Part shown: positions 63,261-64,000 of the stretch, piece by piece
Numbering within the stretch: the stretch's first letter is position 1
How the letters are laid out: each line of letters starts with the position of its first letter
From: Hydrolagus colliei
Lineage: Eukaryota
DNA length: 64,000 bases
NCBI GenBank assembly: GCA_035084275.1
Contig: CM068751.1
Location: forward strand, 2,108,001 to 2,172,000
Direction: 5' to 3'
Translations under genes and position numbers: made by a program
The notes under the pieces: model-generated
Database searches by the model: none
What the model saw: only the letters and a program-made list of their open reading frames with translations
Told to the model about the DNA's origin: nothing

Positions 63261-63754
63261 CTAAAATAACCAGGAAAATAAGTGAATGTTAGTTAACTGA
63301 GTAATTTAAGTCAATTTAATTCTCCTAATCCTGAGTGTATTCACAGTGAATTCAGGGAAATACGTTTTTGGAATAATGTTTCTTTTGAGTGTTGATAGAT
63401 TGTAATAAGGGCCAGTTTGGGTTGAACAAACTTCCTGGTTTGAAATGAATTAAGAGCTAGAATTGGAAGTTATTCACATGTGTTACATCTGTGCACAACA
63501 TGTCTCCTTGTCCTGCAAAAAAAAAAGGGTCATGTGGAGCCCACATCTGTAACTTGAGATATAGTAATTGACCTCCCATACCATGAATATTGCGACCCTG
63601 ATGGTTTCATTATCACTTGGAAAACACAAAATTTAAAACGTTCAATGATTTTATTTGTTTAAAGCTGAAAATGTCCTTTGCATTATATATCCAGTGATAT
63701 TTAAGATCACTCACAATAAGTTGCTGGCTTGTAATTGCTTCTAATCCATTCTCT

Positions 63755-64000
63755 TGTAGAATAGAATCATAGAATCTTACAGTACAGAAGGAGGCCATTC
63801 AGCCCATCATGCCTATGCCGTCTCTTTGAAAGAGCTACCAACTAGTCCCACTCCGCTACTCTTATCCCATATCACTGCAAATTTTTCATTTTTAAGTACT
63901 TATCCTTTGAAAGCTCTTTTGAGAGTTATTGTCAAATCGCTTCCACCACCCTTTCAAGGAACAAAAAATGATCTTCTCCCCTCTTCCACATTCATTGTTT
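63755..64000 (-). mobile_element. CR1 LINE 3' end
   Basis: ATAGAATCATAGAATC tail, GGAGGCCATTCAGCCC. Confidence 0.82.

Overview
Eukaryotic (vertebrate) genomic DNA. The repeat content (L2 with (TTG)n tails, CR1, tRNA-headed SINEs with L2-type tails, DeuSINE relics) suggests a cartilaginous fish; this is inference. Two intron-containing genes converge tail-to-tail. (1) On the + strand are the last six coding exons of glypican-1 (GPC1, 8255-16719), followed by a long 3' region lacking young retroposons. (2) On the - strand is a strongly diverged Asef/collybistin-family (ARHGEF4/ARHGEF9/SPATA13-like) DH-PH RhoGEF (about 42024-63260, possibly continuing beyond the window). Its DH-PH exons are open and have family-typical sizes and phases. 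I could not find the family SH3 exon; the 5' part is instead an array of duplicated phase-0 exons carrying EPIYA-like tyrosine motifs (EPIYESI, EPIYESV, HPIYAS), one copy of which has two in-frame stops. This gene is the best candidate for something undescribed. The rest is L2/CR1 LINE fragments, SINEs, three copies of a pogo/Tigger MITE (one retaining a Jerky/TIGD2-like transposase start), a hAT MITE and simple repeats. Exon boundaries were read by hand from GT/AG signals and reading frame. Repeat boundaries are approximate. Family comparisons are from memory, not database searches.
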